A stretch of 64,000 bases of DNA, taken from contig JBHHYU010000005.1 of NCBI GenBank assembly GCA_046757725.1, forward strand, positions 4,947 to 68,946, given 5' to 3'. Positions 28,837-39,839 of the stretch are shown here, in pieces. Source of the DNA: Candidatus Binatia bacterium. GTDB taxonomy: Bacteria > Desulfobacterota > Binatia > UBA9968. The notes beneath the pieces are model-generated. The model saw nothing but the letters and a program-made list of their open reading frames with translations. It did not search any database and was not told the DNA's origin. Each line of letters starts with the position of its first letter. Position 1 is the first letter of the stretch. Position numbers and translations under genes: made by a program.

Positions 28837-28924
28837 TGGTGCGAAAGGGGGGAATCGAACCCCCACGGGTGTTAGCCCACAGGATCCTGAATCCTGCGCG
28901 TCTACCAAGTTCCGCCACTTTCGC
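28837..28924 (-). tRNA. tRNA-Leu (anticodon CAG)
   Basis: Reverse complement reads GCGAAAGTGGCGGAACTTGGTAGACGCGCAGGATTCAGGATCCTGTGGGCTAACACCCGTGGGGGTTCGATTCCCCCCTTTCGCACCA. It has a long variable arm, anticodon loop TTCAGGA and T-loop TTCGATT. Confidence 0.85.
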
Positions 28925-28989
28925 ATCGAATGTAAAATGTTTCTAATGATATTATCTTACTTGAGCTTCTCACTATGTCAAGATAAGGA

Positions 28990-29547
28990 GTGAGCATCAT
29001 CGATAGAGCCATGGGGAAAATACTTCTTATTGAACCGCAAAAGATCCTTCGACAGGCTATAACTCTCTCGCTTCATCCAGAACACGAGGTTGAAGCCGGA
29101 GACAACTTTGTGTCGGCCCGCTCGCGAGCCCTTGAGGGTTATGACCTTCTTATTGTCGACGGAGCCGCACTAAGGGAAAACGATCAATTGACTGCGGAAT
29201 TCTCCCGTGCCATTAGAAAGTGTAAAACACCGACCCTGTGGTTGGAGGACAAAGAGACTTCGCATTTGCCTACGGGTGGAAAACTGATTGTCATGAAAAA
29301 ACCCATTGATCGGGAGGTATTCCAATCAGCCTTGGGTAGACTCATTTCTTCCCAACGGGTTTCCCGGAAAACATCGCGATCTTCGGCAAAAGGGGGCACT
29401 AAGGGCGAGAAGCCCGAGGTGGTGCATAAGAAAAAAACGGAGGGAGCTTCACCTCAGGAGGCTTTTCAGTTTATTGATCTGGTGGATGTTGTGCAAGAAC
29501 AGCCCGTATCCAGCGAAAAAAAAACACCACCCAAAAAGTCGAAGTAA
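28990..29547 (+). CDS. Atypical receiver (REC)-like domain protein with Lys-rich C-terminal tail
   Basis: 185 aa. Has KILLIEP (Glu-Pro where a canonical receiver has the DD acidic pair), LLIVDG (putative phospho-Asp) and a conserved Lys (VMKKP). The C-terminal tail is low-complexity and basic. Confidence 0.4.
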   Translation: MSIIDRAMGKILLIEPQKILRQAITLSLHPEHEVEAGDNFVSARSRALEGYDLLIVDGAALRENDQLTAEFSRAIRKCKTPTLWLEDKETSHLPTGGKLIVMKKPIDREVFQSALGRLISSQRVSRKTSRSSAKGGTKGEKPEVVHKKKTEGASPQEAFQFIDLVDVVQEQPVSSEKKTPPKKSK

Positions 29548-29553
29548 CGTGAT

Positions 29554-32332
29554 GACCGGGCAATTGGAAAAAACATATTCGCATAAGGAGATCGAGAAGA
29601 AATGGTATACCTACTGGTCTGATCTGGGTTGCTTTCGCCCCTCCGATTCAAACACAACCCATTTTTCTATGGTTATCCCACCTCCCAATGTCACCGGGTC
29701 GCTGCATATGGGACATGCCCTCAATAATACCCTCCAGGACATCTTGTGCCGTTACAAAAGGATGGATGGTTGTAGTGTCCTCTGGGTGCCGGGAACCGAC
29801 CACGCGGGCATTGCGACTCAGAATGTAGTAGAGCGGCAGCTTGGAAAGGAGGGACTCACGCGGGTCCAACTGGGACGGGAGCGGTTCATTGAACGCGTCT
29901 GGGCTTGGCGGCAAAATACGGGGTCCACTATTCTGCAACAACTCAGGGCTCTTGGGGTTTCTTGCGATTGGAGTCGTGAGCGCTTCACCATGGACGAAAC
30001 GCTGTGCCTGGCTGTCCGGGAAGCCTTTGTCCGTCTTTGGGAAGATAGACTCCTATATCGGGCGGAGCGCTTGATCAATTGGTGTCCCCGCTGTAAGACG
30101 GCGTTAGCCGATATTGAAGTGCTTCACGAAGAGAAAGACGGTCACCTCTGGTATATCCGCTATCCCTTAGTAGATATACCGTCTAAAAGTCTGGTAGTTG
30201 CAACGACCCGGCCTGAAACGATGCTCGGTGATACCGCCGTAGCAGTTAATCCAAAGGACCAGCGTTATCTTGGCTTCGTTGGCAGGAAGATTCGTCTTCC
30301 CATCGTTGGGCGGGAGATCCCCGTGATATCGGATCCCTTTGTAGACGAGGGCTTCGGCACGGGTGCGCTAAAAATTACGCCAGGGCATGATTTTAATGAC
30401 TTCGAAATTGGGGAACGGCATGGTCTCGATAAGATCAATATTTTTAACGATGCGGCACAGATTGACATGTCGTCGTTGCTGAATGAGCTGGGTGAAGAAC
30501 CCGCTTGGCTCAAGCCTTTCCGTTTCAGAGACCGGTATGACGCTCGGCGACTTGTGGAGGAAGAGCTGAGAGAGACAGGGTTCCTCGCCAAAGTCGAGGA
30601 CTATCGCCATACTCTGGGCCGGTGTTATCGTTGCCATACGGTGATCGAGCCCTACCTAACCCCTCAGTGGTTCGTCAGAATAAAACCCTTGGCCGAACCG
30701 GCGATCCGTTCGGTACGCGAGGGAAAGATCAGGATCATTCCCGAGGGATGGGCCAACTCTTACTTTGCATGGATGGAGAATATTAAGGATTGGTGTGTTT
30801 CACGCCAGATATGGTGGGGTCATCAAATACCGGCGTGGTATTGCAAGACCTGTGATGCGGATCATATTCTTCAGACCCGCCCTGGAGAGTTCGTCATGAC
30901 TCGGGAGGCCAGCCCCATCGTGCAACGAGGAGCCCCAACGCAGTGCGCAAAATGTGGGGGAGATTCTTTTATTCACGATCCTGACGTGCTCGACACATGG
31001 TTTTCTTCCGCCCTGTGGCCGTTTTCAACTCTGGGTTGGCCGGAGAAGACTAAAGACCTAAAAGCCTTCTATCCCACCTCGGTGCTCGTGACAGGGTTTG
31101 ACATCCTCTTTTTCTGGGTTGCACGGATGATAATGATGGGACTTAAGTTCATGAAAGATATTCCGTTCCGAGATGTCTATATCCATGCCCTGGTGCGGGA
31201 TCAAGAGGGGCAGAAGATGTCCAAGTCCAAGGGCAATGTCATTGATCCGCTTGAGGTCATCAACCGGTACGGGACCGATGCCTTTCGCTTCACCTTAGCC
31301 TCACTTGCGGCGATGGGGCGGGATGTGAAACTCGCACAAGAGCGCATTGCAGGGTACCAGAATTTTGTGAACAAACTCTGGAACGCCGCCCGCTTTGTCA
31401 TCATGAACATCAGCGAAGAGTTGCAAAGCAGAAAGCAATCGACGTCTGATGAAGTACTCGTGTTGCAGGAAGAAAACCTCAATATGGCGGATCGGTGGAT
31501 CCTGTCCTGCCTGGCCGGTACTATTGAGAAGACCAGAATGGCGATCGAGTCCTACCGTTTCAACGAGTTCGCCCAGCATCTCTACCAGTTCACCTGGCAT
31601 GAGTTCTGTGACTGGTACATAGAAATGAGCAAACTCTCTCTCAATGGAACCCTAGGTGACGACCCGGTGAAGACCCAGCGGGTCCTGCGTGGGGTCTTGG
31701 AGAAGATTCTTCTGATGCTCCATCCAGTGATTCCGTTCGTGACGGAGGAGATATGGCAGGTCCTAACTAAAACCAATAGGAGTATTATGCTGCAAACCTA
31801 TCCCCACGCCGTTTCTTATTGGAGGCAGCCGGGGGTAGAGAAAACCATGGGTTTCTTCATCGAGGTGGCCCGAGCCGTAAGGAACCTGCGCGCGGAAATA
31901 AACTGTCCCCCTTCCAAAGAGGTACAGGTGGTTTTCTTCGGGTTAGAAAAGGATCTTGCCCTGCTTCGATCCCTTGAACCGTACCTTCGTGCACTTGCCC
32001 GGGTGCATTCCCTGGAATACCTTGCCTCTGGTGCAAGGCCAAGGGGGGCTACTACCGCGGTGGTGGGGGCCACTGAGATCTACCTTCCTCTGAGCGGCTT
32101 GGTGAATTTACAAGAAGAAGCGGAGCGGCTTATGACACGGATCGGGAAAGTAGAGGCAGAGTTGGCTCGGGGACAGAAGAAACTCGCTAATAAACAGTTT
32201 GTTGCTAAGGCTAAAGAAGAGGTCATCCAGAGGGAGAAAGGCAAAACGGAAGAGTGTGAGGCTAAGCTCCGGACGCTCAACCGCAGCCTGGAAAGGATCC
32301 AGGAAATTCGGCAAACCGGAGAGGAGTCATAG
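29554..32332 (+). CDS. valS: Valine--tRNA ligase
   Basis: Class I HIGH motif (PPPNVTGSLHMGHA), KMSKS motif (KMSKSKGN) and a C-terminal coiled coil. The start was set at MTGQLEK. The track ORF from 29306 is an in-frame upstream extension. Confidence 0.9.
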
Positions 32333-32334
32333 CG

Positions 32335-33195
32335 ATGGATGTTCCAATCACACCACAGATTCGTCAGCTGCTCAGGAGTTCTCTGGAAGAGGACATTGGC
32401 GCAGGGGACATCACAACACTTTGCACGATTACTCCCGACTCCCAAGGAACAGGTTTTTTTCGAGCCAAACGCGATGGTGTCCTAGCGGGAGTATTTCTGT
32501 TAAGCGAGATCTTTAAACTTCTGGATAGCGACGCCAAGGTTAATTGCCTCTGTCGCGACGGGGAACTGACGGAACGAGGAACGGTTGTAGCTGAAGTAAA
32601 CGGTCCAGTAAGGGCGCTGCTTATGGGGGAGAGGACAGCCCTTAACTTTCTCCAGCGTCTCTCGGGAACGGCCACTTTAACCCGCGAATATGTCGACGCT
32701 GTCAAAGAGTTTCCCTGCAAGATTATCGATACTCGGAAAACCACTCCCGGTTTTCGTACTCTGGAAAAATACGCAGTGCGGATGGGGGGTGGTATGAACC
32801 ACAGGCTTGGTCTTTTTGACGCGGGTTTAGTCAAGGACAACCACATTGCTGCCTCCGGATCCATAGCAGCAGCCGTCGACAGCATACGGCGCCAAGCCCC
32901 TTTTATGGCTAGGATCGAGGTGGAATGCTCAGAATTAAAACAGGTGCAAGAAGCCCTCGAGTCCGGCGCCGATGTAGTTATGCTGGACAATATGGGAACT
33001 GAGATGATGACTGAGGCCGTACGCCTCGTCAATAAAAGGATATGGGTTGAGGCATCAGGAGGCATTACCCTGGCACGGTTACGTGAGGTGGCTGCCACAG
33101 GGGTAGATTTTATTTCCGTGGGTGCCCTGACACACTCTGCGCCGGCAGTGGATTTTAACATGAAAATAAGCCTACCGGACCTACAAGGTGGATAG
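32335..33195 (+). CDS. nadC: Nicotinate-nucleotide diphosphorylase (quinolinate phosphoribosyltransferase)
   Basis: 286 aa. QPRTase N- and C-terminal domains (LAGV..., VMLDNM). Confidence 0.85.
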   Translation: MDVPITPQIRQLLRSSLEEDIGAGDITTLCTITPDSQGTGFFRAKRDGVLAGVFLLSEIFKLLDSDAKVNCLCRDGELTERGTVVAEVNGPVRALLMGERTALNFLQRLSGTATLTREYVDAVKEFPCKIIDTRKTTPGFRTLEKYAVRMGGGMNHRLGLFDAGLVKDNHIAASGSIAAAVDSIRRQAPFMARIEVECSELKQVQEALESGADVVMLDNMGTEMMTEAVRLVNKRIWVEASGGITLARLREVAATGVDFISVGALTHSAPAVDFNMKISLPDLQGG

Positions 33196-34030
33196 AGGTT
33201 TCAAGACAAAAAGAGATGAAACCATAGGACCGTTCGGCGCCCCTCTCGAACCCGATAAGATTCAGAAGGGCTTACTGACGGCGCGGCTCGGAAACAGGAT
33301 CCATTATCTTCTACAGACTGATTCCACAAACGCCTATGCCCGTAAACTGGCCCAAGAAGGTGCAGTCGAAGGAGAGGTCGTCATTGCCGAAGCGCAGGTT
33401 GCAGGCAAGGGCCGTATGGGACGGAGTTGGGTTTCGCCCCCCGGAGTCAACCTTTATCTTTCTGTCATACTGCGCCCTCGACTTTCTCCAGTCCATGCCC
33501 CTCAACTCACTCTAATGGCCGCAGTGGCCCTGGCAGAAACGGTATGGTCATTCATTTCCTTTCCCCCGGAAATCAAGTGGCCTAACGATATCCTTGTTGG
33601 AGGAAAAAAATTGGCCGGGATCTTGGCGGAATCTTCCTGCGAAACCCACAAGATACTTTTTGTTGTAGTAGGAATCGGGGTCAACCTGAACTATCTACCG
33701 GAACGGATGCCAGCAGCAATTAAGCAAAGTGCTACCTCCATTATGGCTCTGATGCAGATGCCCGTAGATCGTATCGCATTCACCCGCCGCTTGATTCAAG
33801 ACCTCGACCAGTGCTATGGGGATCTTGAGGCAAAAGGCTTTGCTTCAGTCGCCCCTCGTTGGGAGAGCTTCTGCCGGCTTAAAGGGCAAAAGGTCAGGGT
33901 GACAATGATCGATCGGTCTATAATTGGAAAAGCCATGGGGATTGACGATGACGGGGCTCTGATCTTGAAAGACGAGGGTGGAGCCCGACATAAGATACTG
34001 GTAGGGGACGTAATCCCCATTGATAGATAA
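33188..34030 (+). CDS. birA: Biotin--[acetyl-CoA-carboxylase] ligase
   Basis: GKGRMGRSWVSPPG motif (biotin/ATP-binding GRGRxGRxW) and a C-terminal SH3-like domain. Confidence 0.8.
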   Translation: MDRGFKTKRDETIGPFGAPLEPDKIQKGLLTARLGNRIHYLLQTDSTNAYARKLAQEGAVEGEVVIAEAQVAGKGRMGRSWVSPPGVNLYLSVILRPRLSPVHAPQLTLMAAVALAETVWSFISFPPEIKWPNDILVGGKKLAGILAESSCETHKILFVVVGIGVNLNYLPERMPAAIKQSATSIMALMQMPVDRIAFTRRLIQDLDQCYGDLEAKGFASVAPRWESFCRLKGQKVRVTMIDRSIIGKAMGIDDDGALILKDEGGARHKILVGDVIPIDR

Positions 34031-34042
34031 CGGTCCATAGCT

Positions 34043-34885
34043 ATGCTACTGGCCATCGATATCGGCAATACCAATATCGTCTTAGGAGTCTACAAGGGAG
34101 CGAACCTTGTCGCTCATTGGAGACTCCTGACACAGGCCGAGCGAACCGCCGATGAATATGGCATCTTGATACTCCAGCTTGCCTCTTCTCAGGGAATCAG
34201 CCCGAATCAGATATCCGCCATCTGTGTTTCCTGCGTGGTTCCCCCCATGCAGGGTGTAGCCGAAGAACTTGGTGTAAGGTTTTTCGGCCTCCATCCTTTT
34301 TTGCTGGGGCCGGGTGTTAAGACAGGCATGCCGGTCCTCTACGATAGCCCCAAGGACGTAGGAACCGACCGGATTGTTAACAGCGTGGCCGCCTATGAGA
34401 AGTGCCATGACTCCTGCATCGTCGTGGATTTTGGAACGGCCACCACCTTTGATGTCGTCTCTAAGAAAGGAGAATACCTGGGGGGTTCTATTGCCCCGGG
34501 CTTGCTTATTTCGGTAGAGGCCCTCTTCCAGAGAGCATCCAAACTTCCCCGGGTAGAGATCGTTAAGCCCAAAGAGGTTGTTGGGAAAAACACGGTCCAT
34601 TCCATTCAGGCAGGGATTTTTTACGGTTATGTAGCCCTCGTTGATGGGATTGTCGAGCGAATCCGGCAGGAAAACCGGGTACGAGCTCGGGTGATTGCTA
34701 CCGGGGGGTTGGCTCCGCTCATCGCATCTGACTCCCGCACCATTGATGAAGTAGATAAGTTGCTCACCCTGGAAGGGCTGCGCATCATTTATGAAAGAAA
34801 CATGGTTCGAGGTTCAAAAAAGAGGGCGGAAAATAAATCAAGGGGGGGCAGATATGGCAAGGGCAGATTTAGAAAAACTGCGTAA
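34043..34885 (+). CDS. coaX: Type III pantothenate kinase
   Basis: [18 protein letters not shown]-terminus. ASKHA fold. The birA-coaX adjacency is widespread. Confidence 0.85.
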   Translation: MLLAIDIGNTNIVLGVYKGANLVAHWRLLTQAERTADEYGILILQLASSQGISPNQISAICVSCVVPPMQGVAEELGVRFFGLHPFLLGPGVKTGMPVLYDSPKDVGTDRIVNSVAAYEKCHDSCIVVDFGTATTFDVVSKKGEYLGGSIAPGLLISVEALFQRASKLPRVEIVKPKEVVGKNTVHSIQAGIFYGYVALVDGIVERIRQENRVRARVIATGGLAPLIASDSRTIDEVDKLLTLEGLRIIYERNMVRGSKKRAENKSRGGRYGKGRFRKTA

Positions 34886-36947
34886 TGTGGGAATTCTTGG
34901 CCATGGGGGTGTAGGAAAGTCCTCACTAGGAGAGGCCATGCTGTTCAGCGGAGGGGCGACTCAGCGCATGGGTCATACTGAAGACGGGACTTCCGTTTTT
35001 GATTTTGAACCTGAGGAGATCAGGCGGAACGTTTCAATTTCTACGGCGTTTCACTCCCTGCTATGGAAAAAGACGATGATCAACCTCGTCGACACTCCGG
35101 GCTACCCTCCATTTCTAGGAGAGGCCATTCATGCGATGCGTGCCTTTGGTGGGGCTATCTTTCTGATCAATCCCTCCAGCGGGCTTAAGGTCGAAGCCGA
35201 AAGATTATGGGCCCGTGCTGACAATGCCCATATCAGCCGGCTTATATTTATCGGCAAAATGGAACGCGAGAAATCCGAGCAAAAACAAGCAACCGATGCG
35301 ATTCTAAGTCATCTCGGGGCAAAGGGAGTCTATCTGCAACTTCCGATTGGGGCAGAGGACGCATTCAGGGGCGTGGTCGACCTTCTTCTGATGAAGGCCG
35401 TTATCTTTGAAGGCAATAGTGGAAAGTTCACTCAATCGGAGATACCGGAGGATCTCAAAAAAAGCGCCGAGGACATGCGGGTGCAACTGATGGAAAGCGT
35501 AGCTGAGACAAATGACGTCTTGCTGGAAAAATATCTTGATGGCCAGGAGCTCTCCTTGGAAGAAATCAAGCAAACCCTTCGGGAAGGATGCCTAAGCGGA
35601 AAATTATTTCCGATTCTTTATGGTTCGGCGAGTCGACAGGTTGGGATCCCTCAGCTTATGGATGCCATCATCGATTATCTTCCCTCACCACTCGATAGAG
35701 GCAAGGTTCAAGGAAAAAATCCCGTTACCGGGGATTTGGAGCAACGAGCCGTTGACCCGGGTGGTCCATTTGCAGCCTTTGTTTTTAAAACCATTGTAGA
35801 TCCGTTTGCCGGGAAGTTGTCGATCATGCGGGTCTTTTCCGGAAAGATAAGCACAGAAATGGGCGTGTACAATTCAAATAAACAGGCCAAAGAGAAGGTC
35901 GGTCACCTATTTAGATTGGAAGGAAAAAAACAAGAAAACGTTCAGGAGGCAGTGGCCGGAGAAATTGTGGCAGCAGGGAAACTCAAGATAGCGAGTACAG
36001 GAGATACGCTCTGCGACGAGAAAGCACCGATCCAATTTGACGGGTTAGTCCAGTTTCCTCCGCTCATTGCCTTTGCTCTGGAGCCAAAGACCAAGGCAGA
36101 CGAGGAAAAAGCACCGTTGGGCCTGCATCGAATGATGGAGGAAGATCTCAACATGGAAATGCATCGGGATCCACAGACCAGAGAGTTTATCCTTTCCGGT
36201 ATGGGCCAGCTCCACATTGAGGTGATCGTCGAAAAACTCAGGCGTAAGTATGGGGCGGAGGTAAAGCTTCAAGCCCCGAAGGTGCCTTACAAGGAAACCA
36301 TCAAGGGAAAAGTCAGCGCTCAAGGCAAATACAAACGACAGTCTGGGGGAAGAGGGCAATACGGAGATACCTGGATCAAGATTGAGCCGCTGCCCCGCGG
36401 AAAGGGGTTTGAATTTGTGAGTGAAATTGTCGGTGGGGCTATCCCGCGAAACTATATTCCTGCAGTAGAAAAAGGCGTGAAGGAAGCTTTGGCAGCCGGA
36501 TACCTTGCGGGATACACCATGGTGGACATCCGTGTGACGCTTTACGATGGCTCCTACCATGAGGTGGATTCTTCGGATATGGCGTTTAAAATCGCTGGTT
36601 CGATGGGATTTAAGAATGCCGTGGAGAAGGCCAAGCCAATAATTCTAGAACCCATTATGTCCATGGAAGTATCTGTGCCGGACGATTCCATGGGCGATGT
36701 GATCGGAGACCTGAACAGCAGGAGAGGGCGAGTCCTGGGAGTCGAAACCAAGGGCCACACCCAATCCATTAAAGCTCGCGTTCCAATGGCAGAGGTGCTG
36801 AAATATGCTCAGGATCTACATGCGATGACCAGTGGTCGAGGAGGGTTCCAGATGGAGTTTTTTGGATATGAAGAACTCCCCCCTCACCTCACCGAGAAGG
36901 TCATCAAAGAAGCCAGAGACCCGGCGAGGGAGCAACATAAAGCTTAA
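34854..36947 (+). CDS. Elongation factor G-like protein with degenerate GTPase motifs
   Basis: EF-G domain architecture throughout (DTPGY G3, domains II-V). G1 is GHGGVGKSS rather than AHIDAGKTT, and G4 is GKME rather than NKMD. Confidence 0.7.
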   Translation: MARADLEKLRNVGILGHGGVGKSSLGEAMLFSGGATQRMGHTEDGTSVFDFEPEEIRRNVSISTAFHSLLWKKTMINLVDTPGYPPFLGEAIHAMRAFGGAIFLINPSSGLKVEAERLWARADNAHISRLIFIGKMEREKSEQKQATDAILSHLGAKGVYLQLPIGAEDAFRGVVDLLLMKAVIFEGNSGKFTQSEIPEDLKKSAEDMRVQLMESVAETNDVLLEKYLDGQELSLEEIKQTLREGCLSGKLFPILYGSASRQVGIPQLMDAIIDYLPSPLDRGKVQGKNPVTGDLEQRAVDPGGPFAAFVFKTIVDPFAGKLSIMRVFSGKISTEMGVYNSNKQAKEKVGHLFRLEGKKQENVQEAVAGEIVAAGKLKIASTGDTLCDEKAPIQFDGLVQFPPLIAFALEPKTKADEEKAPLGLHRMMEEDLNMEMHRDPQTREFILSGMGQLHIEVIVEKLRRKYGAEVKLQAPKVPYKETIKGKVSAQGKYKRQSGGRGQYGDTWIKIEPLPRGKGFEFVSEIVGGAIPRNYIPAVEKGVKEALAAGYLAGYTMVDIRVTLYDGSYHEVDSSDMAFKIAGSMGFKNAVEKAKPIILEPIMSMEVSVPDDSMGDVIGDLNSRRGRVLGVETKGHTQSIKARVPMAEVLKYAQDLHAMTSGRGGFQMEFFGYEELPPHLTEKVIKEARDPAREQHKA

Positions 36948-36962
36948 ATTTGGTCCGAGGGA

Positions 36963-37166
36963 ATGGAAAAGAGTTTTGATCAACTCCAGGCCAGTCTTTT
37001 ATATTGCAAACAGTGCAGACGGGCGATGCCTGTTCGCCAACGGCTTCTTTTAGTTTTACCTGATGGGGAACTGCATGATTATCTATGCCAGGGGTGTGGG
37101 CATTCGCTCGGCTCTAAGACGGAACGTACAATGAGATCGCCTGCCTCTCAGAAGATAACACTTTAG
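36963..37166 (+). CDS. Small zinc-ribbon protein (two CxxC pairs)
   Basis: 67 aa. CKQC...CQGC. Confidence 0.3.
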   Translation: MEKSFDQLQASLLYCKQCRRAMPVRQRLLLVLPDGELHDYLCQGCGHSLGSKTERTMRSPASQKITL

Positions 37167-37183
37167 TTGAAGTCCAGGGTGGG

Positions 37184-38215
37184 GTGACAATGGTAACCAT
37201 CGATGCGGATGCGCATGTCCTAGAGAACGAGCGTACTTGGGATTACATGGACCCATCGGAACATAAATTCAGGCCCGTGATTGTTTCTGAACGGGACCCG
37301 CAGCCGCCGGGTACAGAATATTGGCTGGTTGACGGGAAATTTCAACCAAAGGTAAAGAACGTCGGACAAGAAACCCCGAAGGCATCACGGGAGATGGCCG
37401 ACATATCCAGCCGCTTAAGGCATATGGATGAGCTGGAAATCGATATACAGGTGCTCTATCCATCCCTTTTTCTGAGGCCTCTCACCAGGCGCCCCGAGGT
37501 GGAGCTGGCATTATGCAAAAGCTATAATCGTTGGTTGGCGGATATCTGGAGACAGGAGAAAAAACGCCTGCGATGGGTGACGGTGCTGCCGCTCTTGACT
37601 ATTGATAAGGCACTCGATGAAGCACGGTTCGCAAAGAAAAACGGGGCCTGTGGAATTTTCCTACGCGGATTAGAAGGAGAGAGACGCCTAAACGACCCCT
37701 ATTTCTTTCCTGTTTACGAGGAGGCCCGCAGACTGGATATGCCTGTGTGCGTCCATTCTGCGACGGGAAGCTTTACCCTGTTTGAGTTCTTTACCCAGGA
37801 GTGCGGCTTTTCGAAATTCAAACTGGCAGGAGTCGGTGCTTTTCATTCGTTCATCTATGATGGTATTCCAGATAAGTTTCCAGGCCTCAGATTTGCATTT
37901 ATCGAGTTTAGCGCTCAATGGTTGCCCTATGCCATCCACGACCTGGCTAAACGATTTCAGCGGCGAGGACAATCCCTTCAGAAGGAGCTTTTACGGGAAA
38001 AAAGGATTTATGTGGCGTGCCAGACAGACGACGACATGCCGAATGTCGTTAAATATTCCGGCGAAAACAACCTCGTGATCGGTTCCGATTACGGCCATTC
38101 AGATACGGCCAGCGAGATTGAAGCCTTGCGGAAATTAAAGCGGCAGGGCGGTCTTAACCCTGATACGATTGGCAAGATACTGGATGACAACCCGCGAACC
38201 CTCTATGGTCTTTGA
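37184..38215 (+). CDS. Amidohydrolase-2 family metal-dependent hydrolase (TIM barrel)
   Basis: 343 aa. N-terminal IDADAHV metal-binding His pair and C-terminal GSDYGHSD. Confidence 0.6.
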   Translation: MTMVTIDADAHVLENERTWDYMDPSEHKFRPVIVSERDPQPPGTEYWLVDGKFQPKVKNVGQETPKASREMADISSRLRHMDELEIDIQVLYPSLFLRPLTRRPEVELALCKSYNRWLADIWRQEKKRLRWVTVLPLLTIDKALDEARFAKKNGACGIFLRGLEGERRLNDPYFFPVYEEARRLDMPVCVHSATGSFTLFEFFTQECGFSKFKLAGVGAFHSFIYDGIPDKFPGLRFAFIEFSAQWLPYAIHDLAKRFQRRGQSLQKELLREKRIYVACQTDDDMPNVVKYSGENNLVIGSDYGHSDTASEIEALRKLKRQGGLNPDTIGKILDDNPRTLYGL

Positions 38216-38382
38216 GTCGTGCTGATTGACTGTTTTTTTAAGCGGGGGGCTTCTTTTTCAGGCTAAAAGGAGATGAAGGTTTTGAAGGTGGCAAGCGTCG
38301 GGATGACGTAACAGCGCCTGAGGAATGATTCCGCCAGGTTCCCAAGTTCGATGGGAGGATTTCCCTCCTGAGAGGAGGATCA

Positions 38383-38874
38383 ATGCTTGGCGCAACACCA
38401 TACGCTCAAACGCTACGAGCTATCGGCCAATCCCTGGCGAATTGGCAGTTCCAGGATTTTGAGCTCAAGACTATTAACCGCGATTTTCTGGTGCGCGGAG
38501 AAGGCAGGGCACCTCCACAACGGCGAAGTATCCTTCGAACGATCTTCCTAAGAGCACAGCACTCAAAGCCCACCTTCTTCGAGTTCCGTTATACCCCCGA
38601 GGATATAGAGCAGCTGGAAATAGAGGGACAGTCAAAGCGGCGAGACCCGCAGGGGATGCCCGACTTTTCTAAGTTACCGCAGATTTTGCGTACCCTTGGT
38701 GCTTACATGGACATGAGAGGTATCCGGCTGCACGGAATCCACAGACAAGGGGTGAGGTTGACTCTCCAATACAAAAAACCGGGGGATCAACTGGAAGTCG
38801 AAGATCATACCATCCCATCCTTTTACAAACTCTTCACCCATTTAGTTAAACAGAGAAAAGGGCGCTACCCTTGA
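38383..38874 (+). CDS. Hypothetical protein
   Basis: 163-aa ORF in an intergenic position with reasonable coding appearance. No recognisable motifs. Confidence 0.3.
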   Translation: MLGATPYAQTLRAIGQSLANWQFQDFELKTINRDFLVRGEGRAPPQRRSILRTIFLRAQHSKPTFFEFRYTPEDIEQLEIEGQSKRRDPQGMPDFSKLPQILRTLGAYMDMRGIRLHGIHRQGVRLTLQYKKPGDQLEVEDHTIPSFYKLFTHLVKQRKGRYP

Positions 38875-38966
38875 GGCAGGGTTTTTGCACAACCGTGCTG
38901 CCGGCCAAGGATCAAACAGCGGAATTCGAGCTGGTTCATCATCTGCCTCACACGTTTTAATTTCTT

Positions 38967-39824
38967 ATGAATAACCATCGACCGGCAATTATTGTACACG
39001 GGGGAGCAGGGTCTGTCTCGGAGGCAGCGCTCCCCATTCGACTTGAAGGATGCAAGCAGGCCGCACTTGTCGGCTGGGAACAGCTTGCCAAAGGCGCCTC
39101 AGCGCTCGATGCCGTAGAGAGATCACTTGTGGTTTTGGAAGATAACCCAACCTTCAACGCCGGTACCGGTTCCACGCTTAATAGCCTGGGACAAGTGGAA
39201 ATGGATGCTGCTATTATGGATGGCCGGAGCCTTTCTGGAGGGGCGGTGGCTGCAGTCAGGGGAATTAAAAATCCCATTAAACTGGCACGTAAGGTATTGG
39301 AAGATGGCCGTCATGTTCTCTTGGCGGGCGACGGGGCGCTCCTCTTTGCGCAACAATCGGGCATTCCCCAATGTTCTCCCGAGTCGCTCATCGTTAGGGA
39401 CCGGCGGAGAGAGAGGCGGGATAAACACGGTACGGTCGGCTGTGTCGCACTGGATCGGGCAGGTGGAATCGTGGCAGGAACTTCAACCGGGGGGATTTTC
39501 AATAAGCTGCCCGGGAGAGTGGGCGATTCAGCAGCCCTGGGCTGCGGCATCTATGCTGACGAAGTTGCGGGTGTCTCCTGCACGGGTATGGGGGAGGGCA
39601 TTATTCGCACCGTCATGGCCAAAACAGCCCTAGATATGGTACGCAGTAAATCTCATCCACTAACGGCGGCGAAGCGGGCCATCACCTTACTCGAGAAAAA
39701 GACAGGCAGTCGAGCCGGCGTGATCATCATTGATCATCGCGGAAGATTCGGATATGCGCGGAACACGGAACGGATGCCGATGTGCCTGATCGCGGATGCA
39801 GCTCATATCACCACGCAGAGCTAA
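38967..39824 (+). CDS. Isoaspartyl peptidase / L-asparaginase (Ntn-hydrolase, asparaginase_2 family)
   Basis: Autoproteolytic site (HGTVGCVALD, Thr nucleophile) and a GTSTGG motif. Confidence 0.75.
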   Translation: MNNHRPAIIVHGGAGSVSEAALPIRLEGCKQAALVGWEQLAKGASALDAVERSLVVLEDNPTFNAGTGSTLNSLGQVEMDAAIMDGRSLSGGAVAAVRGIKNPIKLARKVLEDGRHVLLAGDGALLFAQQSGIPQCSPESLIVRDRRRERRDKHGTVGCVALDRAGGIVAGTSTGGIFNKLPGRVGDSAALGCGIYADEVAGVSCTGMGEGIIRTVMAKTALDMVRSKSHPLTAAKRAITLLEKKTGSRAGVIIIDHRGRFGYARNTERMPMCLIADAAHITTQS

Positions 39825-39839
39825 GTCCAAGACTTTGCT

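Noticed and set aside
29306-29553. In-frame upstream extension that makes valS a 1008-aa ORF
   Set aside because: The extension has no ValRS homology and overlaps the receiver-like gene in another frame. The conserved ValRS N-terminus (MTGQLEKTYSHKEIEKKWY) begins at the ATG at 29554.
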